DNA of 64,000 nt from Lingula anatina (taxonomy: Eukaryota; Animalia; Brachiopoda). This document shows, piece after piece, positions 36,220 through 50,900 of this stretch. The notes beneath the pieces are model-generated. The model was given only the letters and a program-made list of their open reading frames with translations. It was not told the DNA's origin and made no database searches. Position 1 is the stretch's first letter; every line of letters starts with the position of its first letter. The position numbers and the translations under genes are program-made. The DNA is taken from assembly GCA_051362555.1 (NCBI GenBank), contig CM120640.1, forward strand, positions 25,716,225-25,780,224, written 5' to 3'.

Positions 36220-39200
36220 TAAAAACTTATTTGCAATATAAAACAAAATTTACCTGCATAATTATCACTGCTTCCTTATTATTAATCCAGCAGAGAGCTT
36301 AACCTTTGGGAGTTTACAGGGAAATATCAACAAGTGTGCTTTATGTAATCTCATTTAATGGCCTATTAATTAGGCAAATGACTTTATAACTTTATAACTT
36401 AGCCTAGTGAGACCCAAGGGAAATTTACAGACTGACCCTCTCAAAGGTCTTCAGGCCCATAAGTCACACCCTTAAGAAATGCACAAAACAATAATACACA
36501 AAATAGGAGACTATCAATTCTGATACAATAATACATTATGTTTAACTGCACAGTCAACATCAAATTTTTTAAAATTATGCACAACAGGTAACACCGACGA
36601 AAGTAAAAGCATAAGGCTTCAGGCCCATCAGAGTTCAAGTTTATACTTAGAAAGTGCCAAAATGAGAAAAATGAAAATTTCACAAAAAATGCATAAATTT
36701 AATAAAAGTGATAATCTAATAGAGCTGGTTTTCTAATATGAGCTGTTAATCAATCCTAAGAATCATTCTTGTAAGACTAGTTGAAAAATTAGAAAGTAAC
36801 AGTTTTCTTTCTATAACGTTAATGGTGGCAGTGTACAAAAGAGGTTTTTTGTCAATTTTGATGCAACATTACATAATGATTAACTGTATAAATACCACCA
36901 ATTTTTAAATATCTACTATTAAAAACATGGACATTAAAAAAAGGTGATTACCACTGGGCTTCATGCCCAAGGGAGCTCTAAGTCCCACATTGAAAATTCC
37001 AATATGTGAAAGATAAAAATTTTCACAAAAAGCTGTATAACTTCCAGAAAATTAACTAATGAGACAGATTTTCCAACTGAAGCTGTATTTCAGTCCTATG
37101 TTTCTTTCCTTTAAGTGTAAAAAGAGTAAGTGACATGGTTTTCCTTTCACGGTCACTAAGGAGGCAGTGCCTAAAATAGGGTTTTGTTCAATTTTGATGC
37201 AATATTACATAATGCTTAACAGCATAATAACCATCAGTTTTTTAATGATAAAATAAAACTATCATGGATATTCACAAAATGTGTCTAGCCCATAGAGTTC
37301 AGAAACACTTTGAAAATCCCAAAATCTAAACAAGAGAAACTGTATTAAAAAGTGTTTATTTCCATTTTCAATACCTTTTTTACATGAAAAAAAATAATCG
37401 ATTTACTGTCATTTTTATATGATCAATTAAAATATGTTGTCAAAGGAAACATATCAATAGAACAAATTTAAATGTCCAACTTGCTCCATTCTGAGATTCT
37501 TAACTTAGTGAATGATTGAATCTGACGAACTTCAATGATATGAGTTCCCTTCCATTTTTGATACTTTATTACACAATGCACAATAAAAGGTGTACTGTCA
37601 TTTTTATATAATCAACTAACAATATTTTTAAGAAGCAGAAAATGTCAAAACAACACTTTTACATATCTAATTTGTTCCATATTGAGACTGTTAACATGCC
37701 TAAGAATTAAATCTGAAGAAAAGCCACTTATATGCAAAAAGGCTAATAACTTCATCAAAACTTAACTGATCAAGCTTATTTTCAAACTTGATCTGTATAT
37801 TAGTCAGACTGATCACTCCTGTAAGTTTCAAGACAAAAGGCTGATTGGTTTTCCTTAAAATGTGTTATCAGTGTTGCATATATGCTGAATAATGGAAAAA
37901 AACAGCATAACTTTAAATTTGTAAAAATAGTCCAATCAAGCCAATTTTCGAACTTGACCTGTGTATTATGAATGTTCATCAGTTCTGTAAGTTTCAAGCC
38001 AAAAGGTAAAATGGTTTTCCACTTATTGTGTTATCAGTGCTGCATATATGCTGAGAAAATGCAGAAAATGGCCCGATCATGTTAATTTTGATGCAATAAT
38101 AAATCATGCCTACAATAGCACTGTCAATCAACACTGAATTTTAATCATGCACAACAGGTGACATCGTCAATAACAGGAGCGGATCCAGAGATATTTTCTG
38201 ACAGTATTCCAAATTATCTTTGTTGATCCATCCTACATTTTTGATGGTCTTCCAACAGAAAAAAAACAGATACCCATCAATATGAACTTTAAAATCTGAA
38301 AGACCCAGAAGACGGCCTCAATCCACCCCTGCAATAAGATTACAGTTTCAGGACCAAATTCACATAATGAAAATCCCAATATTTGAATAATGATGACAAT
38401 GCATAAAATAATATTACATAATGTTTAAAGACATAAAAACCAATGCAACTGTTTATGTGGAAATACAGAGAATGTGAAGAGCTTCAGGTGGATGGGAGCT
38501 GAAAATGCCAGTGTTTGAAAAATAAATTAAAAAGAAAACACAACAAAAATATCCCATTAAAGCTGCTATTCAAACTTTTAATCTTGCTGTAATAACATGA
38601 TATGAATAACCCCAATGTGTTTGAGGATAATAAGGCACTGTTATTCAATTTTTTTTTCTTTTGTTAACTTATTTGCAATATTAAACAACATTTACCTGCA
38701 TAATTATCACAGATTCCTAATTATGTTACACAGTTAAGAGAGCTTAACCTATGGGACTTTACTGGGAAATCTCAACGAGTGTTTTATGTAATCTTATTTA
38801 ATGGGCACTTGGAAATTAATTAGGCAAATGATTTTATAGCTCTGAATTTAGCTTGTGACTACCCCAAGGGACAATTACCACCATCCATAAACAGTAGCCC
38901 CATATAGCACTCTATAGAGCTGCATTGCTTCCAGAACAGAAAACAATCACTCTGATTTTCCAACACAAACTGCACGTCAGTCTTACAAAACTTTTCAGTA
39001 AGTTTGAGTATCATAAGTAACATGGTTTTTCCTTAATGGTCATTCCGGCAGCCATTTCCAAAATAGAGTTTTCTTCAACTTTTATGCAATATAACATAAT
39101 GACCATCAATTTTTAATAATAAAATAAAAGAAAATGTGACATAGAAAGGTCTTCAAGGCCATGGAAGTTCAGAGTCACACTTTCAAAATGCCAAAATGTA

Positions 39201-40645
39201 CCTGTATACAAGAGATAACTGTATTGAATTGGTTTTCTTCCATTTTCAACACCTTTTTTTCATATAACAAAGTAATCAATTTACTGTCATTTTTAAATGA
39301 ACAACTGAGAAAATTGTTGACATAGGAAAAATATCAATAGAACAATTTTAAATGTCCAGTTTGCTCCATTCTGAGATTCTGAACATGGTGAATGATTGAA
39401 TCTGACAAACTGTAAAGATATGAGTTTATTATTATTTCCATTTTTTGACACTTTATTACACAATTACAGGTTTACCATCTTTTTTATATAATCAACTAAC
39501 AATATTGTTAAGACGCAGAAAATGTCAAAAGAACACCTTTACATATCTAATTAGTTCACAGATGAGATTGTTAACATGCCTAAGAATTAAATCACAGGAA
39601 AAAACACTTATATACAAAAAAGGCATAACTTCACCAGAACTGAACCAATGGAGCTTATTTTCGAACTCCATCTGTATTTCAGTAAGACTGATCACCCCTG
39701 TAAATTTCAAGACAATTGGCCAATTGATTTTCCTTGAAATGCGTTATCGGTATTGCATACATGCTAAAAAAAAGTGAAAAAACAGCATAACTTCCATAAA
39801 ATTGGTCCAATCACGCTGATTTTCAAACTTGACCTGTGTATTATGAATAGTCATCAGTTCTGTAAGTTTCAAGCCAAAAGGTAAAACGGTTTTTCACTTA
39901 TCGTGTTATCAGTGTTGCATATATGCTTAAAAAAATGAAAAAAGAGCATAACTTCCATAAAAATGGCCCGATCATGCTGATTTTCGAACTTGACCTGCGT
40001 ATTATGTATATTCATTAGTTCCATAAGTTTCAAGCCAAAAGGTAAAACGGCTTTTCACTTATCGTGTTATCGGTGTTGCATATATGCTGAAAAAAGTGAA
40101 AAAACAGCATAACTTCCATATAGATGGCCATATCATGCTGATTTTCGAACTTGACCTGCATATCATGAAAGCTCATCAGTTCTGTAAGTTTCAAGCCAAA
40201 AGGTAAAACGGTTTTTCACTTATCATGTTATCGGTGGTCAAAGTGCACGGCGACGACGACAGACGCAGGTGATGGCTATATGTACAGACACATCTGTGTC
40301 TGTACATAAAAAGTGAAAAAACAGCATATATTCCCTATAAGTGACCCGATCATGCTGATTTTCGAACTTGACCTGCGTATTATGAATATTTATCAGTTCT
40401 GTAAGATTCAAGCCCAAAGGTAAAATGGTTTTCCACTTATCGTGTTATCGGTGCTGCATATATGCTGAAAAAAGTGAAAAAAACGGCATAACTTCCCTAA
40501 AAATGACCCTGTAAGTTTCAAGCCAAAAGGTAAAATGGCTTTCCACTAACCATGTTGTCTGTGCTGCATATATGCTGAAAAAAGTGAAAAAACAGCATAA
40601 CTTCCCTAAAAATGACCCGACATATCTGTGTCTGTACATAAAAAG
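36220..40645. repeat. Two diverged copies of a composite Helentron/HINE-like repeat carrying ~161-bp satellite units
   Basis: 36225-36420 resembles 38667-38870 and downstream blocks repeat. Unit TTTCAAGCCAAAAGGTAAAA...GCATATATGCTGAAAAAAGTGAAAAAACAGCATAACTTCC recurs every 161 bp (39870, 40031, 40192). GAC microsatellite, hairpin TATGTACAGACAC-ATCT-GTGTCTGTACATA and A-run at ~40250-40312. Confidence 0.65.
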
Positions 40646-41954
40646 GCGAATTTTGAAATGAAAAGCGATTTTATTAATTGTATTTTTCGTTTCTATGCAG
40701 TTCACTTCAAAATATCATTGCAATATTAAACAAAATTCACAGATTGTCCTACTTAAAAACAAAGTGGTAAATGCACATGGCATCTGTGCCATACGCATAC
40801 TTGCAAAGTACGAATTAACACGAAGGCCATTTCTGATGATTATCGTACTAGTAAACTCCTTTATTTTCTTTCAACTATTGCAATACAAAGCAGAATGCAT
40901 ATAATATCAAGTAAAAATATTTGCATAGCATTTATATATGTCCTTGGCCAACAAATATCAGACGCATGTACATGCTACCTGTACTAGTAGCCTACCCATA
41001 CTTTTAAAGACACAGTGAAAAGATTGCAATTTCACTTCGCGATTTGCTGAGCACATGGCATAACTAATTCTACATTATTACGCGAGGTTTACAACAGTAT
41101 AGCCGATAGACCACCCCGACACGATCACTCGATGTTAAGTTTGAAACACATTGACAGATTTGCACGATGACCCACCCACCTCTGCCTCCAGCAGTTTCCA
41201 GTATTAAATGAAATATATACCACTATAACAATAGCAATTGTTCGTTCAGTTCACATTACAATTTATCTACTAAATATTAGTAATTTATCAACGCAGTTGG
41301 AAAATTGACAGGCTCAAAATTACTTCACAAAAATACCATGTAAAATTATTGCTAAAATATACAATGACGTAAAAGTATTGATTGTAGCGTTCATTTTATC
41401 AATAGCTGCCTCTTACACAACACTGAAATGTAATGAAGAATATTATCACGGCATATATCTTTAGAACTGTATCAATATATTCTGTGCAAGTTAGGATAAC
41501 AATACTGGTACACTGGTTACATACCATTTCATATATAAAATGTTAGTCACTAAATTTGTCTGTCACGATGTACATGTATCACGGTGTCCGTCTTTAGTTG
41601 CGACGATATTCTTTGCGCAAGCAATAACAACAATAATTCATTAAGCTGCATAATATCTGATATATAAAACATTCCAAACTTGTTTTCATTTTTTCCATTA
41701 ATAATTAATTGCCTCTTCCACAAAACTAAACATTGATGAAAACATTATCAGGAGTTGGATCTTAAGAAATGTAGCATTACACATCCTGTATTTTGCACAT
41801 AAAATAAGTCGTGTGGTACATGTATATCATAAACAAAATGTCAGTCCTACATTTTGTAAATAATAATTTTTGTTATTTAATCTAGTGAAATAGCTAATCA
41901 CTCAATACTTAGGATATTTTCACCCTGTAAATCTTTTTCTGATCTGACTCATCT

Positions 41955-44900
41955 TTAACGCAATTTTTTCAACTCTTCGGCTCCAGGGAAATACCAGTAG
42001 GTTCCCTTAACACAATCTGAAAGCCTCATCACATCATCCGAGTGAGGGTCTCCGCCAGCGCCAACCATGCGATCCAGCATGAACTCAAAGTTTTGAGGAT
42101 GAGCAGCATAGCCAATGAAGAACAGACCACATTTGTCACTCAGATTGCCATAGGGCATGGACTGACGAACAATCTCAAACTTCTTTGGCTGTGCAAAGGC
42201 ATTTCCTGGATGGATGAATAATGAAGTCATTTACGCCAAAACCAGTATTTTCGATATAAAAAATGTCAAGTGCTTCTGGATTAAATTTAACATCAACATA
42301 TATACACTGTACTAGTATGAGGAGTGTTGCATAGTCCTTGAATAACCAGTAGTTCATGCACACATACATTAAATACTGTACTCCAAAGCACACATTCAGC
42401 AAAACAGCTGTACATGTACATTGGCTTTCAACAATGTATGTATGGTTTTCTTACTCGGGCACCAACTGTTACTTGTGGCATAGTTTTTTAATGAGCATTG
42501 ATGTTTGAATTTAACAACAATTTTCCTAATGATATAATGACCAAAACATCTCAATCAGTAATAAATCACTCTCACTCACCTCCAGTCATTCGGGCAACAT
42601 GAGAAGAGATGGGTTTTTTCTTCAACTCGGTGCTGTCTTCCCTACTTCTGCCAACCCAACCTTCCATGACAGAGTCTAAAACAAACACTTTAACACTTAG
42701 TAATGACTTAAGAGGTTAGAAAAAGTAGAAATATTTTATACAATGAACACTGAACACTGCACTAATTCAGTTTTAAATTTTGCCATCTTTTGCAAGTGGT
42801 CTGTAGCTAAGATTTGTCACTCTGGATTTGGTTTAAGCACTATTAACTTTCCTAATTGTGTCAATTAGTTCAACATTATTTTCCATATCATATCAATTTT
42901 AATGGATTGCTGATATACATGCACTAGCATGTAATTAGTGTATTTTTTTTACCTTTTGTGCTGTTAATGACATTCATTCGATGAATCCACTTCTGTGTAA
43001 TCTGTTTTAAAAAATGTGAATTTTTAATTTACTTGCATTTATTTTCCATGCCTGATAGCAATAATTGAAGGCTTAATTTGCAGTCCCTTTCTTCATAGCA
43101 GTGTGCTATATTTTGCTTTACAGGATGTCGTTTTGGAATTCAAAACATCACCATTGCATTTATGATATTTAGGTCCAAAAATGCGCCTAAATATGCTTGT
43201 ACTCAGGTATGGGTAAGGGTACAAACACAAATGACAAATATGAACCCAAATAAACAGAAATGCATGTACCCCTGCTTTATGACAAGCAGGTTGTCTGTGG
43301 ATACAAATAACTTCCTAAATGATAAATTTAATAAGTAACAAGATACTTTTAATTTTGGTAAAATTGTAGTAATGATCCATGTAAAATTGCACATCATCAG
43401 CATCAATGTAGACAATATAGAACAAGTACATTAATCAATACACATACCACATAACTCCCACCAGTCTCTTTCTCCACGGCCACTTCTTGGCGAGATTCAT
43501 CATCTGCTGGGTTCTCAGTACCTGACACATAATAGAAAACGCAATTAAACACTTCTTCAACATCAGAATGGAATCTTTTTTCTTCATAATCGATTTCATT
43601 CCTTTGGCTTTTAACATAAACATACTGGTGTACTTGAGAATTATTGAAAGAATACAAAAAGGATCTTGAACACAAGAAAAATAACAAAACCAATGTACAT
43701 GCAACTGGCACCTCATCATGAACCTACAAAAACACTCAGAACCAGTTTTTTAATTGCCCAAATAATCTGCATGACATCGCTTCAAAGGCATTGCTGTCAC
43801 TCACCATCAATGAATCCTGACAGATCCCTGCCATATCTGAAGACGAAGCTGTACACATCCTCATACTCCTTGACACTGTCCTTGGGGAGACTCTTCAAGA
43901 TCTGCTGACACAGCTCAAACAACTTGCTCTGTTCATCGCATTTAGCATGGACAAAAATATCCCCACCTAAAGCAGAAAACAGGGAACCCTCAAAAAATAT
44001 ACCCAAACTGATCATATACTACACCAACAATATACAGTACCTTATACAGTCAAATGTATTTTGAACATTTCTTTGCCAGCATGTTATATCTATTATATAA
44101 TGTACATATGCCTTGAATACCAGTGCATGAAAATATACTATCATTAAAAACTGTGTTACATTTTGACCCTCTATCTAAAGCATCAATTTTATGAAGTTAA
44201 TTAAAGCAATCCAAGCCAGGATTTTGAACACATTCTCATTGCATGAATCACTTCTTGCTGAACTTATCCGAGGACAATTGAAACTTTTAAAATACAATAT
44301 TGTAAATAATAATCATATTCAGCAATCTTGACAAATCTTGTGCTTTATCAAGAATTGTTAGAGTTATGGCAATTGTCAAACAAGGCAGCAAAGCTGTCAA
44401 ATGTACAGACAAAAAGCAGGAAATAACAAAATAGGCTACTGTCAATTCTGAAGGTCATTTTGGTCAAAATTGTTGAAATAGGAGGTGCTCTGAAGTTCCA
44501 GGTGTTCAAAATTGATGAAATAATGTCATTTTTGACCACAAGTTGTCTGTCTCGCCAAGCCTTATGTTTTATTTTTCTGGGGTTCAAAATTTATTATCCA
44601 TTACCGTACTGCACATTTTGCTTTCACCACCAATATGTACTTTTTGATACAACGTAACTTGAAAACCGTATGGAATACAAAAAAACGGAGACCACCCACA
44701 GTGTTGGGCTTTACATGCTCTACAAAATGCAAAAAAGAATGGGTCTCTAGCATTAACGGTTCTCGAATTAGAGACAATTTTCAGTTTCGGTATCTTATGG
44801 CCGCTACTCCCGTGAAAATGCACCGATTGACCCCAAATTCACGGAGATGAAAGATGACCTGAAGGGTAACACTTTCCAATAATATTATTGGTTAAGTCTG

Positions 44901-47900
44901 TGTGGTGTCTGAATAACAGTGCAAATAATTTTTTTTAGTAAAAAAATTCGTTTTCTTGAAAATTTTGGCCCGTTTGACCTTGAAATAAAGGTCAAAGGTC
45001 AAATCCAAGGGCATATTTGAAATCTACACATATGACTTTTGGAAAGCCGTCTGTAGAAATTTTTCCCATAATTCCTTCCGTAGGGTAGATAATGAGCATT
45101 TAATTTTGCCATTTTTGGACAAGGGTGCATTGCAATGAGTGCCACACCTAGACCCCAATACCGACAAAGCCCAAATTTTACGTGGAACGAATTGAGATTA
45201 TAGGTGACCTAAATCCAAGAGATGGGTATGGCGGCCCTTACCGTCTAGGAGGAGAAGTGGTAACGGTAACATGGCGGCGGAGCCGGCGGAGCTGGCGGAG
45301 CCGGCGGACCGGACCGGACGGGACTAAAACCATGTGTACCGCCAGCGCCAACGCTGATGGTACAATAATAAAATATATGTATCATGGATTTTCAGAAAAT
45401 GTGATAAGCATGGGACTTCAAGCCTGTGGAACCTCAAAGTCACACCTTGAAAATGCCAATATGTGAAAAATTAAATTTTCACAAAAAAACTGTTTAACTG
45501 GCAGATTGCATTGCCTACTGAAGCTATATTTTAGTCCCATGTTTCTTTCCTGTAAGTTTGAGAACAGTAAGTGACATGGTTTTTCTTAAATGGTCATCAT
45601 GGTAGCAATGCCCAAAATAGGTTTTTTTCAAATTTTGATGCAATATTACATAATGTTTAACAGCATAATGACCATCAATTTTTAATAATAAAATATTAGT
45701 ATTATGGATATTTAGAAAATGTGACTAGCAAAGGTCTTCAGGCTCATGGAACTTCAAAGTCATAACTTGAAAATGCCAAAATGTAAACGAGACAGCACTG
45801 TTCTGAAATGTTTTTTTTTTCCATTTTTAACAATTTTTAACATTAAACAAAATTAACAGTTTTCTGCCGTTTTTATATGATCAACTAAGAAAATTGATGA
45901 GATGGGAAAAATATCAATAGAGCAGTGTTAAATGTCCAATTTCTTCCATTCTGAGATTCTGAACATAGTGAATAATTGAATCTGACAAACTGCAATGATA
46001 TGAGTTTATTTCCATTTTTGAAACTTTATTACACAATACATGATAACAAATTAACCATCATTTTTACAAAATCAACTAACAATGTTGTAAAGATGCAGGA
46101 AATGTCAAACAAACCCTTTTAATATCTTATTAATTAAATAATGAAACTGTTAACATGCCTAAGAATTGAATGTGAGGAAATGTGAAAAAACAGCATAACT
46201 TCTAAAATAATGGCCCGATTATGCTGATTTTTTTAACTCAACCTGCGCTTTAGCAGGATTGACCACTCCTGTGAATTTAATGACAATTGGCCTATATGTT
46301 TTTCTTATATTGTGTTTACAGTGTTGCATATATGCTGAAAAGTGAAAAAAAAGCATAACTACTTAAATAGTGGCCTGATCATGCCGATTTTCTAACTTGA
46401 CCTGTGTTTTAGTAAGATAGATTACTCTTGTGAGTTCCATGACAACAGGCCTATTGGTTTTCCTGGAATGTGTTTACAGTGTTGCATAAATGCTGAAAAG
46501 TGAAAAAAAAAGCATAACTTCTACAATAATGGCCCGATCATGCTGATTTTCAAACTTGACCTGCGTTCATGAATATTCATCAGCTCTGTAAATATAAAGC
46601 CAAAAAGTAAAACTGCCTTCCACTTATCGTGTTTACAATGAAAGTGCACGGCGCCGGCGCCGGCGATGACGGCGACGACAGACGCAGGTGATGGCAATAT
46701 GTACAGACACATCTGTATATATATTTACTGTACTGTTTGAGAACAGTAAGTGACATGGTTTTTCTTAAATGGTCATCATGGGAGCAGTGCCCAAAATAGT
46801 TTTTTTTCAAATTTTGATGCAATATTACATAATGTTTAACAGCATAATGACCATCAATTTTTAATAATAAATTAAAATATTAGTATCATGGACGTTCAGA
46901 AAATGTGACTAGCAAAGGTCTTCAAGCTCATGGAACTTCAAAGTCACAACTTGAAAATGCCAAAATGTAAACAAGATAGCACTGTTCTGAAATGTTTTTT
47001 TTCCATTTTTAACAATTTTTAACATAAAACAAAATTAACAGTTTACTGCCATTTTTATATGATCAACTAAGAAAATTGATGAGATGGGAAAAATATCAAT
47101 AGAGCAGTGTTAAATGTCCAATTTCTTCCATTCTGAGATTCTGAACATAGTGAATAATTGAATCTGACAAACTGCAATTATATGAGTTTATTTCCATTTT
47201 TGAAACTTTATTACACAATACACGATAACAAGTTTACCATCATTTTTACAACTAACAATGTTGTAAAGATGCAGGAAATGTCAAACAAAAACCTTTATGT
47301 ATCTTATTAGTTTAATAATGAGACTGTTAACATGTCTAAGAATTGAATCTGAGGAAATGTGAAAAATATGCTGAAAAGTGAAAAAACAGCATAACTTCTA
47401 CAATAATGACCCGATCATGCTGATTTTTCGAACTTGACCTGCGTTTTATGAATATTCATCAGCTCTGTAAATATAAAGCCAAAAAGTAAAACTGCCCTCC
47501 ACTTATCGAGTTAACAAGGAAAGTGCACGGCGCCGGCATCGGCATCGGCATCGGCGACGACAGACACAGGTGATGGCAATATGTACAGACACATCTGTGT
47601 CTGTACATAAAAAGTAAGAATTAAGGTTGGTAAATAAAAGTTGGCGGGAAATGCCATTTAACCTGGGTAAATTTGTTTAATATGAGTTTATGGCAGGAAA
47701 ATCCTGGCTCCGAATGCTTTAAATGACGCATGAAATTGATGTACTTGTTCTACAATATGCATTGTTATTTTGCATATATACTGGTACATGTACATTGCTG
47801 TACCTGTACTGGGCATCTCTCCCAATGGACCCTGGCGGTGTCGGTATGCATAGTCCTGTTTGGTTTTTCTACCAAGCTGAAAGGCAGAAACATTTTTTTT

Positions 47901-50900
47901 TCAAGTAAGTTAAACAAAATATATATACGGTATATATTTACCAAAATTACGCTAAACAAATACTAGCATGTAGGTCAGTTAGAGAAGATTCAAATTTTTT
48001 TATATATCATAAGTTGACAGGTCAGAAAATGGATAAATGATGCACATTAAGTATTTACAAACCATATGTTATCAGTAAATGTAACAATAAACATATAAAC
48101 CAAATGAGCAATTTTACATGGGAAAAACTATAATGGAAGGAAGTGTTTTGTTGGGGGGGTGGGGGTGGTGGGAGGCAATAATATCAAGAGCAGATCTGGC
48201 ATGAAATATTTTCTGGGCCAGTATGTGCTCTGTGCTGTTTGAAGTGGGTCTTGGTTAATGTCTATACCTGGCTGTAACAATTGGGGCCAAAGCCAACACC
48301 AGCCCATATCTCAGAATCCTCAGTTCTGTCAGCAGGGGGGTCCACAGCATCAACATGTTTCTGCAGGTTGGCCACCACTTTAGCACACGCCTTGGAATCT
48401 GCCTCTGGTTTCAAGTGGATCCAAAGGTACAAAGCATGCTGCTTGGTCTGAGAAAAGACCTGTAAAATAAAGACAATTGAACTTTGAAAACATTATGTTG
48501 TACTATAACATTATTATTAATATTATTAGTATAACATTTATTTTTGTTTTACATCAGGATTTTCCATTTTATTTTTATTTTTTATATTTTCTGAAATTCT
48601 TGGTTTATAAGCTTGTTTGTATGTTTGCTTGCTTATACATTATCTCTGATATTGTTATGCAGTGGTTAAAATGACTGCTATCCTAAGGATAACTGTCCAA
48701 AGGACAATTTGATCGTAAGGCTAGTGTTATTCATTGGATAGTGCTATCCAGTGTCCATGAGACTGGACCCTGGTTAACAAAGTTGGTTGTAATTCACACT
48801 CAAGCACTTATGACTAAATATCAAAAATACTAAAATTATTAAATTAAAATGAAAAACAAAAAGTACTTTAGCTTTCATATTTTCAAATAAGTCAAATATA
48901 CTGAAATACTCATACTCACAGATGGCTGACTTTCCGGCAAGGTTGCAGCATGCACTGGCTGAAGGAGAGCATGTTTGGGAACATCACCACCATACAGTTT
49001 GTAAGCTGTATATGCTCCCGCAGTCCCTACAGCCACTGCTGCTGTACCTAGCAGCACTGGTCTCTTGGTGACGAAGGTCCTAGTGCCATAACTTCTACTG
49101 GACTGGAAAACTAGGACAGAAATAGTACAGTGTAGCAGACATTCTAATCATTTTAGGAAAATTATTTGGGAATAACATCTACCAGCATTACGAGCAGCAG
49201 CTTTTGCACAAGCTAAATTGTTAAATTTGAACTTTCTTCAGAGGCAGTGAACACACAATAAATGTAAAAAATAGAAACATAATGGAAATTTCAGCATTTA
49301 CTCTTCAAACTAGACTAACAAACTAGCTGTTGCATAAATATTCTACATTAACCACTTTTATGACAAAATACTTATTTTGGGGCATCACAAAAAATACAAA
49401 GATCACAGACAATAACATAAAAGCCTTTATTTACTAGTACTTGTTCATGAACATCACTATTTCTTGCATGCTAATTCTAAAACCAAGGGGAAAAGGACTA
49501 CCAAACACCTGTGGAGAATCTGAGAAATTGCCGGAGTCCAAAATAGAGCCAGCAATCAACTCTAAACAGAAATCAGACAGAAAGGTCCAGGTTGTAATAG
49601 GAAATTCTTCCAATCACAAGTTCATTTTTAGAAACACAAAGTAAATGTAAGCATACCTAAAAAAATCATACTTAATGATTTTAATTGTCTAATGTCAACT
49701 GAAACTCGTCTTCTCATTCAAAACACTACATAGTAAATGTATATCCAAACATTTCCAAGATAAATCCTTGAATCTCATTTATGTTAACATATTCAGTGCT
49801 GTCTCTCACCCTGACAAAACTCTGATTATATATTGTCTTTCACCCTTACAAAACTCTGATTATATATATAACCAATGCAGTTTAAATGTTTCCAAGCATG
49901 ACACAGACATGTTATATCATGCCAATCAATCAAGAAACTCCGCCCTCTTTTGACAGTTCAACTTTCTTTCAACTTGTCCTTACATAAAGACTGAACTTCA
50001 TTATATTAGAGTGCATTCAGAACTGCTTATCCACCACCTAAATATGACAGACTCCATTTGGAATATCGAACCCTCAGAACAGGAGAGATTTTTTAACTTG
50101 GCTTCTTTAAATCTTCAGAATATCAGACCGATCGGAACAATAAACCTTTAAAATATAAGGCGTACCCCCTGTCACCTACCCCTTCAGTATCTTATTACAA
50201 TACCTGGATTTATATATAAAAGTAACTAGGATTAGATATAAAAACATACTTAGCAGGTTTCTTAAATTATGGTCACTTAATTTGACTTCATATGCTTATG
50301 CAATCGATTTACATGTTGCTACTGCATCATTTAAAACATAAATATTTTTCTCTGAATCTCAGCAGTGTTAACAACTGAAAGGAAATGGCCCTGATAATCT
50401 AGCTGTCACTGAATTGTGCAATATTGTGTCAACGATGTTTTGCATTTGATGATTGATTTTATTCATACAAAATGTGCACTGCTCCTTTTATTAAAGCAAA
50501 TGAATGCAGAAATGAAGATCAATTCAACAACTGTGTTATTGGATTTTGTCCATGACTGTTTATAGAAAAGTAACAAGTGTGAAAAATGCTTTGCTTCTAT
50601 GAATGGTTGAACTAATCAAATACTAACAAGGAAGCAATGTTGCTTCTATGAATGGTTGAATTCATGGTAAAATATTCAAGTCTCTCAAACAACAATCATA
50701 TGTTACTTCCTAATAAACAAAGCATGAAGGACAAGAATGCCAAAATAGTTTCTGACAACTTCACGATATTGGGATAAGTCACATCTGACAGCAATATTTC
50801 ATGTCATAAGGACATGTCCTGAATACTCTTCTCTGAGTACATAAGGATTGATCCTGATGATCATCTCAAGTTTCTCCTTAAATATTTCCTTTATAAAAAA

